A stretch of 64,000 bases of DNA from Aquamicrobium sp. (GTDB lineage Bacteria; Pseudomonadota; Alphaproteobacteria; Rhizobiales; Rhizobiaceae): contig JBLJBS010000012.1 of assembly GCA_047637695.1 (NCBI GenBank), forward strand, positions 5,566 to 69,565. Direction: 5' to 3'. The notes beneath the pieces were generated by a model, which worked only from the letters and a program-made list of their open reading frames with translations, was not told the origin of the DNA and did not search any database. Shown in pieces: positions 17,672 to 27,765 of the stretch (position 1 is the stretch's first letter; each line of letters opens with the position of its first letter). Both the position numbers and the translations under genes were made by a program.

Positions 17672-18727
17672 ATGGACATCCATTCTATCGGCCGGCGCGC
17701 CCTGCTTGGCACGACGGCAGCACTGTTGCTCGCCGTTCCTTTCGGCGCAGCGCCTGCCGCCGCGCAATCGCCGACGGAACTGCGCATCCTCGTTTTCGGG
17801 GGCACTCTTGGATCGGGCTTCATGGAAGCCATCAAGGCGTTCGAGACGGAACACAATGTGCGCTTCGCGGTCACCAACTCCACGGCCGTTCAGGGCGTGA
17901 CCCGTCTTCTCGCGCGGGCGGGACAGGAGCCTGAATGGGACATCGTCCACATGAGCCCTTCCGCCCACTTCATGGGAGCGGAAGCAGGCATCTGGGAAGA
18001 GATAACGCCTGAACTGGTTCCCAACATGGCGAACCTCTACCCCTTCGCCATCGACCGCGGGATCTATCCCGGCTGGGGCGTGCTTGCCTACGGCCTGTCG
18101 GTGAACACGGAAGCACTCGAGAAAGCAGGCGTGCCGGAGCCTAAAGCGTGGAAGGACCTCTGGAACCCGGAATATAAGGGCCGTGTCGCCATCTACGATT
18201 TCGCGAACGCCTATGGCCAGGCCTTCCTCGACGTCATTTCTCAGCTTGAAGGCGGTATCGACGGCGCTTTCGAGCAGTTGAAGACGCTTCGGCCCAACGT
18301 GTCGCGCTTCCCGTTCACGCCGGCGGAACTCGACAACGCCCTGCTTCAGCAGGACGTCTGGATCGCACCGAATTCCGACTCGCGCACCAATCTTCTCGCC
18401 TCCCAGGGCGCGCCTTTGAAATACATCCATCCGACAGAAGGCTCCGGGGCGTGGCTCGTCCATCTCGACGTCCCCAAGGGCAGCCCGAATAAGGATCTGG
18501 CGCTGAAGCTGATGGACTACGTGCTCTCGCCCGAGATTCAGGAGCGACTTGCACTCCACGCCGAAGTCGGACCGGTCAACGTCAATACCGAGCTGAGCGA
18601 GGAAGCCAAGGCCAAGGGTCTGGCATACGGCCCGGTCGTCGAGACCATGAAAGCCCTGCACTGGGAGAATATCGTCCCGAATTTGCAGGAGTATACCGAT
18701 CGCTGGAATCGCGATTTCCAGAACTGA
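17672..18727 (+). CDS. ABC transporter substrate-binding protein, PotD-like, Tat-type signal
   Basis: GRRALLG signal; PKAWKDLWNPEYKGRV, PTEG motifs; SD GGGAGGG; next to PotABC homologues. Confidence 0.88.
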   Translation: MDIHSIGRRALLGTTAALLLAVPFGAAPAAAQSPTELRILVFGGTLGSGFMEAIKAFETEHNVRFAVTNSTAVQGVTRLLARAGQEPEWDIVHMSPSAHFMGAEAGIWEEITPELVPNMANLYPFAIDRGIYPGWGVLAYGLSVNTEALEKAGVPEPKAWKDLWNPEYKGRVAIYDFANAYGQAFLDVISQLEGGIDGAFEQLKTLRPNVSRFPFTPAELDNALLQQDVWIAPNSDSRTNLLASQGAPLKYIHPTEGSGAWLVHLDVPKGSPNKDLALKLMDYVLSPEIQERLALHAEVGPVNVNTELSEEAKAKGLAYGPVVETMKALHWENIVPNLQEYTDRWNRDFQN

Positions 18728-18757
18728 CAATCCCAGCAATACCGGAGATCTTTCCTG

Positions 18758-19831
18758 ATGGAAGTACGGGTCAACGATCTCGTTCGCCGATTCGGAGCAT
18801 TCACGGCGGTGAACGGGATAAACTTCACAATTCCATCGGGAAAGTGTCTCGCACTTCTTGGTCCGTCCGGCTGCGGCAAGACGACGACGCTGAATATCGT
18901 CGCCGGCTTCCAGCAGCCGGATGGCGGCGAGGTGCTCGTCAACGGCAAATCCGTCGTCGGCATCCCGCCCTACCGGCGCAACAGCGGCATGGTGTTCCAG
19001 AACTATGCACTTTTCCCGCACATGACTGTTTTCGACAACGTCGCCTACGGGCTGCGGCAGCGAAAGATGTCCGACGACCTGATAGCGAGGGAGGTTCCGC
19101 ACGCGCTCGATCTCGTTCAGCTCGGCCATCTTGGCGAACGCTACCCGCGGCAGCTTTCCGGCGGCCAGCAGCAACGCGTCGCCCTAGCACGGGCCGTGGT
19201 CTTCAAGCCCGACATCCTTCTCCTCGACGAGCCGCTCTCCAATCTCGACGCGAAACTACGCGAGACGATGCGGCTGGAACTGAAGGAGATCCAGAAAGCG
19301 ACCGGGGTCACGACTATCTTCGTCACGCACGACCAGGCCGAAGCGATGGTGCTGGCCGACGAGGTCGCGGTGATGAACAGAGGAACCATCGAGCAGGTCG
19401 CCATTCCGGAAACGGTTTACAACCGCCCGGCCACCCGCTTCGTCGCCGATTTCGTCGGTTCCGCCAACTTCATGACCGGCACGCTCGCAGAATACAGGGA
19501 CGGCTATGCGCGCATCAGGCTGAGCCATGCCGACAAGATCGTCCGCGCCGCAAGCCCGCAGATGGACCGCGCGGCCGGCGACAAGTGCGAATTCATGATC
19601 CGGCCAGAAAGGCTCAGGGTCGCCATCACTCCGACAGGCTCGGAGAACGAGATCGAGGCGAAGGTGACGGCGCTGGCCTTCACCGGCTCCATGGTCGATT
19701 GCTTCTGCGAGGTGGGCGGTCATCCGCTCCACGCCCAGATCATCAGCGGGCGGCAGTCGCTTGAAATCGGCCAGTCCATCTGGCTCGACTGGGAGGCGGC
19801 GGAAGCCTACGTTCTGCGGGAAATGCCATGA
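18758..19831 (+). CDS. ABC ATP-binding protein, PotA-like
   Basis: GPSGCGKTT, FQNYALFPH, LSGGQQQR, LLDEPLSNLD, C-terminal TOBE region. Confidence 0.95.
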   Translation: MEVRVNDLVRRFGAFTAVNGINFTIPSGKCLALLGPSGCGKTTTLNIVAGFQQPDGGEVLVNGKSVVGIPPYRRNSGMVFQNYALFPHMTVFDNVAYGLRQRKMSDDLIAREVPHALDLVQLGHLGERYPRQLSGGQQQRVALARAVVFKPDILLLDEPLSNLDAKLRETMRLELKEIQKATGVTTIFVTHDQAEAMVLADEVAVMNRGTIEQVAIPETVYNRPATRFVADFVGSANFMTGTLAEYRDGYARIRLSHADKIVRAASPQMDRAAGDKCEFMIRPERLRVAITPTGSENEIEAKVTALAFTGSMVDCFCEVGGHPLHAQIISGRQSLEIGQSIWLDWEAAEAYVLREMP

Positions 19832-20688
19832 GCAACGCCCGTATCGGCTTTCTGCTGACGCTTCCGGCAGTCGCGGTTTTCCTGCTGCTGTTCATCTCCC
19901 CGCTGCTGTACGGTTTGTGGCTGTCGCTGCACAAGGCGAATTACGGCATGATCCAGCCGGGCCTGACCTTGCAGCAATATGAGACGCTGTTCACGAACCC
20001 GACCTATGTCACGGCGCTGATCAGGACGTTCCGTCTTTCGGTGTCGGCAACGATCCTGACCCTGATCCTGGGTTATCCGCTTGCCTATGCGCTCGCCTTC
20101 CGGTTGGGGCGAATGGGAGCCGTGCTTACGCTGATCATTCTCGCGCCGCTGCTGATGAACGTGGTCGTGCGCACGCTCGGCTGGGTTCTCATCCTCGGTC
20201 GCAACGGCGTCGTCAGCAACCTTTCAGTCAGCCTCGGCCTCGGCGAATTTTCAATCCTTTATACGGAATGGGCAGTCCTGATCGGCTATGTGCAGGTTTT
20301 CCTGCCGTTCATGGTCCTGTCGATCCTCGCTTCGCTTCAGACGATAGACCTGAACCTGACAAAAGCGTCGGATTCGCTGGGGGCTTCACCCGCCACCACG
20401 TTCCGGAACGTGATCTTCCCCCTTTCTCTACCCGGCGTGCTGTCGGGAAGCATCATCGTCTTCAGCCTTTCGAGCGGTGTCTTCGTCCTGCCGGCGATCC
20501 TGGGCGGAACGAATCTCCGGGTCCTGTCCCTGCTCGCCTACCAGCAGACGACAACGACGCTGAACTATCCGCTCGGAGCCGCCGTCGCGTTCCTGCTTCT
20601 CGCCATCGTCCTCACCGTAGTTCTGGTGACGACGCTGATGCTCGAGAGAAGCCGATACAGGGAGGTGTTCCGCCGTGCGTCTGCCTGA
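19828..20688 (+). CDS. ABC permease, PotB-like
   Basis: LGYPLAY, VVRTLGW, FLPFMVL, EAA-like KASDSLGA. Confidence 0.92.
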   Translation: MSNARIGFLLTLPAVAVFLLLFISPLLYGLWLSLHKANYGMIQPGLTLQQYETLFTNPTYVTALIRTFRLSVSATILTLILGYPLAYALAFRLGRMGAVLTLIILAPLLMNVVVRTLGWVLILGRNGVVSNLSVSLGLGEFSILYTEWAVLIGYVQVFLPFMVLSILASLQTIDLNLTKASDSLGASPATTFRNVIFPLSLPGVLSGSIIVFSLSSGVFVLPAILGGTNLRVLSLLAYQQTTTTLNYPLGAAVAFLLLAIVLTVVLVTTLMLERSRYREVFRRASA

Positions 20689-21475
20689 CCTCGCGCTCAA
20701 TATCTTCGTCTGCCTCATGGCGGGCATCATCATCGCTCCCATCGCGATAGTCCTGATCACCTCCTTCAGCGCGAGCGATTACATTCGCTTCCCGCCGCAG
20801 GGATTCAGCATCAAGCACTACGTCGCGGCCGCATCGCAGACCCATTTCGTCAATGCGTTCCTCACGAGCCTCGTCACGTCCCTTTCTGCGGCCACGCTTG
20901 CGGTCGCTCTCGGGACGCTCGCCGCGATCGGCCTGACCCGGTACGATTTTCCGGGCCGGGGGTTCATTCAGGGCTTCCTCGTCTCGCCGCTGATGATCCC
21001 CACCCTCGTGATGGGCATCACGCTGCTTCATTTCTACAGCGCGCTTCATATCCGGCCCAACACACTGACCATCATCTTCGGGCACCTCATCATTACAGTG
21101 CCCTATGCGGTGCGGCTGCTGACGGCGAGCCTTGTGGGAGTGGACCGCCGCCTCGAGCTGGCGGCCATGTCCATGGGCGCGACACCGATCAAGGCTTTCA
21201 TCGGCGTGACCCTGCCCAACATCACCGCGGGCATGCTTGGTGCCTTCACCTTCGCGGCGATCATGTCCTTCGACGATGTCGGGCTTTCGCTCTTCATCTC
21301 GCCCCCACGCAATCCGACGCTGCCGGTGGCGATCTTCACCTATCTCGACCAGACCTACGATCCGATGATTATCGCGGTTTCTTCGGTGATGATCCTCGTC
21401 TCCATCATTGCCGTCTTCATCCTCGACCGCATGGTCGGCGTGTCGCGTATCGTGATGAACGCGCAGGCGAAGTAG
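20675..21475 (+). CDS. ABC permease, PotC-like
   Basis: FPPQGFS, LELAAMSMGA, SFDD, TLPV motifs. Confidence 0.92.
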   Translation: MRLPDLALNIFVCLMAGIIIAPIAIVLITSFSASDYIRFPPQGFSIKHYVAAASQTHFVNAFLTSLVTSLSAATLAVALGTLAAIGLTRYDFPGRGFIQGFLVSPLMIPTLVMGITLLHFYSALHIRPNTLTIIFGHLIITVPYAVRLLTASLVGVDRRLELAAMSMGATPIKAFIGVTLPNITAGMLGAFTFAAIMSFDDVGLSLFISPPRNPTLPVAIFTYLDQTYDPMIIAVSSVMILVSIIAVFILDRMVGVSRIVMNAQAK

Positions 21476-21500
21476 CAAACAAGGTTCAGGGAGGAACTTT

Positions 21501-22532
21501 ATGCGCGCTATCATTCAGACCGAGTTCGGCGGGCCTGAAGTGCTTCGTCCCGGCGAGCTTCCCGACCCCAAGCCCAGGCAGGGGCAGGTGATCGTCCGGG
21601 TCAGGGCTTGCGGCGTCTGCGGCCACGATCTTCTGGAGCGCTCGGGCGTCATGAAACATGGCGTCGGGTTCCCCATGGTCCACGGGCACGAGATCGCCGG
21701 CGAAGTCATCGAGGTCGGCGACGGCGTTCAGTCGCTGCGAACCGGAGATCGTGTTGCCTCCCTTCAGCGCGATCCCTGCGGGCACTGCCGGTACTGCCGC
21801 CGCGGACAGGAATCGTCATGTCTCAACAGCGTCTTCATCGGCCATAACGGAACGACGGGCGGCTACGGCCAGTACGTCGCGATTGGCGAGAAGGCCCTGG
21901 TCAAGCTGCCGGATGAGGTGTCCTACGAACATGCGAGCGTGCTTGCCTGTTCGGCCGGCACTATCCTTCACGCGGTCAGGGAAGAAGCGAAGGTCAAGCC
22001 CGGCAACACAGTGCTGGTGACTGGCGCCGGCGGCGGCCTGGGAATGCACTCGGTCAAGCTCGCCCGGTTGTTCGGCGCGGAGGTGATCGCCATCACATCT
22101 TCCGAGCACAAGATCGACATGCTCAGCGAAGCAGGCGCCAATCATGTCGTCCTCTCCCGCGACAACGATTTCGTCGACGAGGTGCGCCGCGTAACCGGTG
22201 GCTATGGCGTTGACGTGGTGCTGGACAATGTCGGCGCACCCGCCTTCAGATCCTCCCTGAAGGTGATGGCTCCATATGGCCGGTTCATCGTTATCGGCCA
22301 GGTCACGTCCGACAAGATCAGCTTCAACCCTGCGCTCCTCATCTTCAAGAATATCAGCCTGATAGGCTCCAAGAGCACGCACTGGCAGGAATTGCAGGAC
22401 ATGATCGAACTGACCCGTCGCGGCCAGTTCACGCCGGTCATCGCGGCGACGATGCCGGTCGAGGAGGCAGCCGCGGCGCATGTTATGCTCGAAGAGCGCA
22501 AGGCCGCCGGGCGGGTGGTTCTGACGCAATGA
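21501..22532 (+). CDS. Zn-dependent alcohol dehydrogenase
   Basis: CGVCGHD, GHE, CGHCRYC...C structural Zn, GAGGGLG. Confidence 0.92.
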   Translation: MRAIIQTEFGGPEVLRPGELPDPKPRQGQVIVRVRACGVCGHDLLERSGVMKHGVGFPMVHGHEIAGEVIEVGDGVQSLRTGDRVASLQRDPCGHCRYCRRGQESSCLNSVFIGHNGTTGGYGQYVAIGEKALVKLPDEVSYEHASVLACSAGTILHAVREEAKVKPGNTVLVTGAGGGLGMHSVKLARLFGAEVIAITSSEHKIDMLSEAGANHVVLSRDNDFVDEVRRVTGGYGVDVVLDNVGAPAFRSSLKVMAPYGRFIVIGQVTSDKISFNPALLIFKNISLIGSKSTHWQELQDMIELTRRGQFTPVIAATMPVEEAAAAHVMLEERKAAGRVVLTQ

Positions 22533-23695
22533 AGGATCTTCTGATCATCGAGGTCGCCGAGGGCATCGCGGGTCCGATCTGCGGCCTCCAGTTCGCGGAC
22601 CTCGGCGCACGCGTCCTGAAGGTAGAAACGCCGGACGGTGACCGGAGCCGCGGATGGGGCGGGGTCTTCATCGACGGGGAAAGCGCCGCGTTCCTCGCCC
22701 TGAACCGCAGCAAGGAAAGCGTGGTCGTCGATCCCGAATCCGAGCCCGCCCGCGCGAGCCTCATCGCTCTGGTCGAGCAGGGCGACGTGCTGATCGAGCA
22801 CATCCGGCCGCTGACGAAAAGCTGGGCGTCGCTCATCGGCGCCGAGCCCTGCGAGATCAATCCTAAGCTGGTCCATGTTCGCATATCGGCCAATGGAGTG
22901 GGCGGTCCCCTGTCGGATCGCCCCGGCTCCGAACTGACGGCGCAGGCCATGTCGGGTTACTGGAAACTACTTGGTGCACCGGATGCCGCGCCTGTTCGCC
23001 ACGGAGCCGAACTGGCTGAGATCGGCACCGGCCTGTTCGCCTATCAGGGAGCGATGGCGGCGCTGCTGCACAGGCGGCGCACCCAGCAAGGGCAGGCGGT
23101 CGATCTGTCGCTGCTCGGCTCGCTGATGACCTACGCGACCATTCTTACCGCATCGATGAACAAGCCAGACGATTGGGTCGGATTCCATCTGCTCAACATT
23201 CTGTGGGCGCCCGACACCGGTTACCACACCTCCGATGGCAAGGTGACGCTGGAATTCAGACGTGGGCGCAAGCTCTGGGTCGATTTCTGCGAGCAGGTCG
23301 GGCTTGGCCATCTCCCCGACGACCCGCGCTTCAGGGACTGGCGCGCCACCATCTACACCGGCGACCTCGTCGGCGAGACGAAGGAGGAGTATGATCGGGC
23401 GCTCAGCACCTTGCCGTCCAGCGTCGTGCTCGATGCCGTCGCCGGGGTCGGCGGCACGTCGGTGCCGCACAGCACGATGGCTTCGATAGGGGTTCACCCG
23501 CAGGCGCAAAGCGTGGGCGCATTCACCGCCGCGCCGCTGCCGCAGAGCGGGACGATGCGACAGGTTGCCAGTCCGTTCACGGTCGAGCTGCCCGATGGCT
23601 CCGGAGAAATCCGGCCCGCGCCAAGGCTCGGGCAGCATACGGATCAGTGGATGCAGGCGATCGCAGAGCGGGGTGGCAGACGTGCAGCACGTTGA
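22529..23695 (+). CDS. Class III CoA-transferase (CaiB/BaiF), catalytic Asp apparently replaced by Glu
   Basis: IAGP...ADLGARVLKVE, LNRSKES, AQAMSG, PAPRLGQHT; LAEIGTG at usual D..xG site. Confidence 0.88.
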   Translation: MKDLLIIEVAEGIAGPICGLQFADLGARVLKVETPDGDRSRGWGGVFIDGESAAFLALNRSKESVVVDPESEPARASLIALVEQGDVLIEHIRPLTKSWASLIGAEPCEINPKLVHVRISANGVGGPLSDRPGSELTAQAMSGYWKLLGAPDAAPVRHGAELAEIGTGLFAYQGAMAALLHRRRTQQGQAVDLSLLGSLMTYATILTASMNKPDDWVGFHLLNILWAPDTGYHTSDGKVTLEFRRGRKLWVDFCEQVGLGHLPDDPRFRDWRATIYTGDLVGETKEEYDRALSTLPSSVVLDAVAGVGGTSVPHSTMASIGVHPQAQSVGAFTAAPLPQSGTMRQVASPFTVELPDGSGEIRPAPRLGQHTDQWMQAIAERGGRRAAR

Positions 23696-24923
23696 AACCG
23701 GAAACACCGTCGCGGCGGCGGTCGGCGAGGGACCTCTTCGCGGCATTCGCGTCGTCGACATAAGTCAGGCTGCAGTCGGCCCATGGGCTGGCATGCTTCT
23801 CGGCCAGCTCGGCTGCGAAGTGATCAAGATCGAGCCGCCGGCAGGCGACCTGATCCATTATGTGAAGCCTTTCCAGAACGGGCTCGGGACGACCTATGCC
23901 GCGATGAACCTGAACAAGCAGGGCGTCATCCTGGATCTCAAGGATCCCGAAGACCGGGCTACGGCGCTGGCTCTGGCCAGCGAGTGCGACGTTCTGATCG
24001 AGAATTTCAGGCCGGGTGTCGTCGAGCGTCTGGGCATCGACTACGACGCGGTGCGCGAACGCAATCCGCGCGTCGTCTACTGCTCCGTCACCGGATTCGG
24101 GCGCAGCGGCCCGATGAAGGACATGGGCTGCACCGACCAGCACGCTCAGGCGTTTTGCGGCTATGGCGCGCTCAACGGAGAATCCGACAGCGATGGCGAG
24201 CTGATGCGTTATTATGCCCATCACGACCTCACCACCGCCATGGTCGTGACCCAGGCGATCCTTACCGGCCTTTGGGCGCGGGAGAGGACCGGCGAAGGCC
24301 AGCGCGTGGAGACGTCGATGCTTCAGGCAGGCATGGCGCTTCAGCGGGTGCGCTTCGCCGAATTTGCGGCCTCAGGCATGGAGCCGAAGCGGAACGGCAG
24401 CGGCATCTCCTACTGCGTTCCGGATCAGGCGTTTCGGTGCGGAGATGGCCGCTTCGTGGCCGTATCCGCCACCAGCGAAGCCGAATGGCGCGCTTTCTGC
24501 TCCGCCCTTGGGCTTGAAGGGCTGGCCGCCGATCCACGGTTTGCCACCAATCGCGACCGCGTGAATGCGCGCGCTCTTCTCATCCCGGTTCTCGAGCAAA
24601 CATTCGCGACACTCGCATCCGCATGGGCCTGTCGACGGCTGAACGCGGCAGGCGTTCCTGCCTCCCTGTTCATGGACTACGAACAGCAGCGCCATCATGT
24701 CCATTTTCTCGAAACGGGCATGATCGTGCCTGTCGACAAGGAGCCGTGGGGGGAACTGGCTGTCGGTGGTCTGCCATGGCATTTCTCAAGGACCCCCGGC
24801 ATAGTCGCGCCGCCTCCATTTCCGGGTGAGCACACGCAGCAGGTTGCGCGGTCGCGCGGCCTCGTCGCGAAGCATGAGCCGGGAAGCTGGCGGCTGCCCC
24901 CGCGCGATCCGGAAGCGACGTGA
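23682..24923 (+). CDS. Class III CoA-transferase (CaiB/BaiF)
   Basis: PLRGIRVVD, VIKIEPP.GD, LIENFRPG, CSVTGFG..GP, HHDLTTA, DPRFATN. Confidence 0.92.
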   Translation: MQHVETGNTVAAAVGEGPLRGIRVVDISQAAVGPWAGMLLGQLGCEVIKIEPPAGDLIHYVKPFQNGLGTTYAAMNLNKQGVILDLKDPEDRATALALASECDVLIENFRPGVVERLGIDYDAVRERNPRVVYCSVTGFGRSGPMKDMGCTDQHAQAFCGYGALNGESDSDGELMRYYAHHDLTTAMVVTQAILTGLWARERTGEGQRVETSMLQAGMALQRVRFAEFAASGMEPKRNGSGISYCVPDQAFRCGDGRFVAVSATSEAEWRAFCSALGLEGLAADPRFATNRDRVNARALLIPVLEQTFATLASAWACRRLNAAGVPASLFMDYEQQRHHVHFLETGMIVPVDKEPWGELAVGGLPWHFSRTPGIVAPPPFPGEHTQQVARSRGLVAKHEPGSWRLPPRDPEAT

Positions 24924-24942
24924 CAGGGGCAAAGGAACCGAC

Positions 24943-25608
24943 ATGGGCAGATTCATAACGCTGACCGCGCCCGACGGGCACGAACTGTCGGCCTTTGTCG
25001 CCGGACCCGATGGCGCGACGCGCGCGCTCGTCGTGGTGCAGGAGATATTCGGCGTCAACGCCCATATGCGCCGGGTATGCGAAACCTTCGCCGATGCCGG
25101 ATACCGCGTGGTGGCCCCCGCGCTTTTCGATCGCGTCGAGCGGGGAACCGAGCTCGGCTACACCACGGAAGACGTCAAACGCGGTCTTGCCCTGAGAAGC
25201 CAGATCCCCGACGCCGGAGCGATGTCCGACATCGAAGCGGCGGCTGCCTCGCTCGGCACGGCGCGCAAGGGGATCGTCGGATATTGCTGGGGTGGAACCA
25301 TCGCCTGGTGGGGGGCGACGCAATCCTCGACTTTCGCGGCGGCCGTCGCCTGGTATGGCGGTGGTGTTGCCGCGTCACGAGACGCCGTCCCGCGCTGTCC
25401 CGTGCAGTTGCATTTCGGCGCAACGGATCATGCAATACCGATGAGCGATGTCGAGGCGATCCGAGACGCCCGGCCGGAGGTCGACACCTTCGTCTACGAA
25501 GGTGCGGGGCACGGCTTCGGCTGCACGGACCGATCGAGTTTCGAGCCGCAAAGCGCCGCGCTCGCCCAGCGCAGGACGCTCGACTTCTTTGCCTGTCACC
25601 TTGGATGA
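24943..25608 (+). CDS. Dienelactone hydrolase family protein
   Basis: QEIFGVN, GYCWGG nucleophile, GAGHGF. Confidence 0.93.
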   Translation: MGRFITLTAPDGHELSAFVAGPDGATRALVVVQEIFGVNAHMRRVCETFADAGYRVVAPALFDRVERGTELGYTTEDVKRGLALRSQIPDAGAMSDIEAAAASLGTARKGIVGYCWGGTIAWWGATQSSTFAAAVAWYGGGVAASRDAVPRCPVQLHFGATDHAIPMSDVEAIRDARPEVDTFVYEGAGHGFGCTDRSSFEPQSAALAQRRTLDFFACHLG

Positions 25609-25635
25609 CCAGGCCGCGACGGGGATTGGAAAGTG

Positions 25636-26592
25636 ATGGCCGGTAACATGACAAGAAACGTCGTAGGTCTGACGTCGGCGATGCCGCGCAGGTTCGTTGA
25701 GAAACTGAGGGCCGAATATGGTCTTGTCGGTCCGTTCTCCGGCTGGCCGGATATCAGCCCGGACGATGGCGGCAATGATCATGTCCGCGCGCTTGTGACA
25801 TACGGCACGATCCCTATCGACGCGGCTGCGATGGATCGATTTCCCAATCTGGGGCTGATCTGCTGCTATGCCAGCGGTTTCGAGCGGATCGACCTGGTAG
25901 CGGCTGCCAAGCGCGGTGTCGTCGTCTGCAACAGCCCCGGCTCCAATGGCGCCTCGGTCGCCGACCTCGCGCTCGGGCTAATGATCGCCTCGGTTCGCGA
26001 CCTGATGGATGGCGACCGATACGCGCGGGACGGACGCTGGATCAAGGCGCCAAAGCCGGCGGCGCGCGGCATGACCGGCCGCAAGGTCGGCATTTACGGC
26101 TTGGGAGAGATCGGCCGGCGTATAGCGCTGCGATGCGAGGCGTTCGAGATGGAGGTGGCCTATCATGGACGCGCCGCGCATCAGGACGTGGACTATCCCT
26201 TCCATCGCGACCTGATCTCGCTTGCGGAATGGGCAGACATTCTCGTCGTCGCCGCGCGCGCCGACGCGGACAATCGTCATGCTGTCGACGGGCAAATTCT
26301 GAAAGCCCTCGGCCCGTCCGGCCATCTCGTCAACGTCTCACGCGGCTCGATGGTCGATGAGACGGCTCTCGTCGCTGCGCTCGAGGATGGAACGATTGCC
26401 GGCGCGGGGCTCGACGTTTTCGAAAACGAACCCGTTATCGCCGAACGGCTGCTCAACGCTCCACGGACGGTCTTTAGCCCACACATTGCGGGCAACAGCT
26501 ATGACGCGCATGAAACGGCACAGAACATGGTGCTTGAGAACCTGCGGACCTTCTTTGCCGGCCAGCCGGTTCCGTATCCCGTGAGCGGCTGA
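25636..26592 (+). CDS. D-2-hydroxyacid dehydrogenase
   Basis: GIYGLGEIG, NVSRG, LDVFENEP, PHIAG (R/E/H triad); start uncertain. Confidence 0.92.
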   Translation: MAGNMTRNVVGLTSAMPRRFVEKLRAEYGLVGPFSGWPDISPDDGGNDHVRALVTYGTIPIDAAAMDRFPNLGLICCYASGFERIDLVAAAKRGVVVCNSPGSNGASVADLALGLMIASVRDLMDGDRYARDGRWIKAPKPAARGMTGRKVGIYGLGEIGRRIALRCEAFEMEVAYHGRAAHQDVDYPFHRDLISLAEWADILVVAARADADNRHAVDGQILKALGPSGHLVNVSRGSMVDETALVAALEDGTIAGAGLDVFENEPVIAERLLNAPRTVFSPHIAGNSYDAHETAQNMVLENLRTFFAGQPVPYPVSG

Positions 26593-26629
26593 GCACACTG
26601 CGGCGTGGTGGCATATCGACCGCGCCGGG

Positions 26630-26679
26630 TGTCAATCGGCGTTGTAACGGGACCCCTTATCGGCTTCCAAAAGGATCTC
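26630..26679 (+). mobile_element. Isolated IS21-family terminal repeat (scar)
   Basis: TGTCAATCGGCGTTGTAACGGGACCCCTT-ATCGGCTTCCAAAAGGATCTC: TG start plus internal tandem sub-repeat like IS21 ends; no istA/istB. Confidence 0.6.
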
Positions 26680-26951
26680 TTCCTTCTGGTTGCGATGTTT
26701 AGCGCAGCTTCACGACGATCTCTTCGGGCTTGTGCTTCTTCCGGGGCATGCAAACGTTCCTCTCCAAGGCCAAATAGCCCACTTCAAAGAGAACCACTTC
26801 TCAGGCGGCGGGCCAAGCATGCATTAATAATGAAACCGGACCGCCTTATGGGTCAGACCAATCAGACGTACTCGGGTCGGCAGATCATAAATTAGCTGCA
26901 CACCAAATTGGGAAGGTTGACGCAGAGATCATGCGTTGTATTGGCCTTAGT

Positions 26952-27419
26952 CTATCCCGGTTTTTGCGTATTGATGGTGTCGCGCAGAGCAAATCTTGAA
27001 CGCACCCGCTTTACCCATGGCAACTGGGAGAGGTGACGATTTGTCAGATGTTCGAATGCATCAAGATCCTGAGTGAATATCTCCAGCATGTAATCCCAAC
27101 CACCCGATGTGACATAGCATTTTGCAACTTCGGGGATCTTGGCCACTGCGGCTTCGAATTCGTCCATGGCTACAGCTGCCGTCGATTTGAGCTGCACTTC
27201 CGAGAACGCCATGACCGATTGCCCGAGAACAGCACGGTCGACGCAGGCAATGTAACGTGTGATCACACCCTTGCGTTCGAGCTCCTTGACCCTGCGCAGG
27301 CATGGCGCCGGAGAGATGCCTATCAGTTCCGCCAACTTCACGTTCGATATGCGTGCATTGGAGCGCAATTGCTCGACGATGCGGCGATCTATCGTATCGA
27401 GCTGGACGACGCTCTTCAT
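26952..27419 (-). CDS. Lrp/AsnC-family transcriptional regulator
   Basis: LDTIDRRIV..LRSNARISNVKLAELIGISPAPCLRRVKELE; SGGWDY. Confidence 0.95.
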   Translation of the reverse strand: MKSVVQLDTIDRRIVEQLRSNARISNVKLAELIGISPAPCLRRVKELERKGVITRYIACVDRAVLGQSVMAFSEVQLKSTAAVAMDEFEAAVAKIPEVAKCYVTSGGWDYMLEIFTQDLDAFEHLTNRHLSQLPWVKRVRSRFALRDTINTQKPG

Positions 27420-27765
27420 TTTCAAGGCAATGCTCCGTAGCAATCAGAAAAGTCTGGTGCGGAATACAGCAATTTTCACAAAGAATGGAACCATTTTTAA
27501 AACAATCATTGCTGAAGCGCAGCCGCTGCGGCGCTGCGAAGCCGTTGCAATTGCTCGCTCTCTGGCGGAGCCTTGGAATGTCGGGGATTTGGAGGAATGC
27601 CATGCGGTTCGAAAGCTTGCACGTTCGGCATTCTTGGCCGGCCAGTTTGCTTCACGCTGACATGGGCGACGTCGCCAACGCCTGAAAACGACGAGGCAGA
27701 GATGGACCTAGCACGGATGTGCCGGGGCCGGCCTGCCATACTGACGACTTTCCGAGGGGCGGATT

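Noticed and set aside
27444-27765. Sigma54 promoter upstream of ilvE
   Set aside because: Candidate GG...GC pairs have 11-nt rather than 10-nt spacing.
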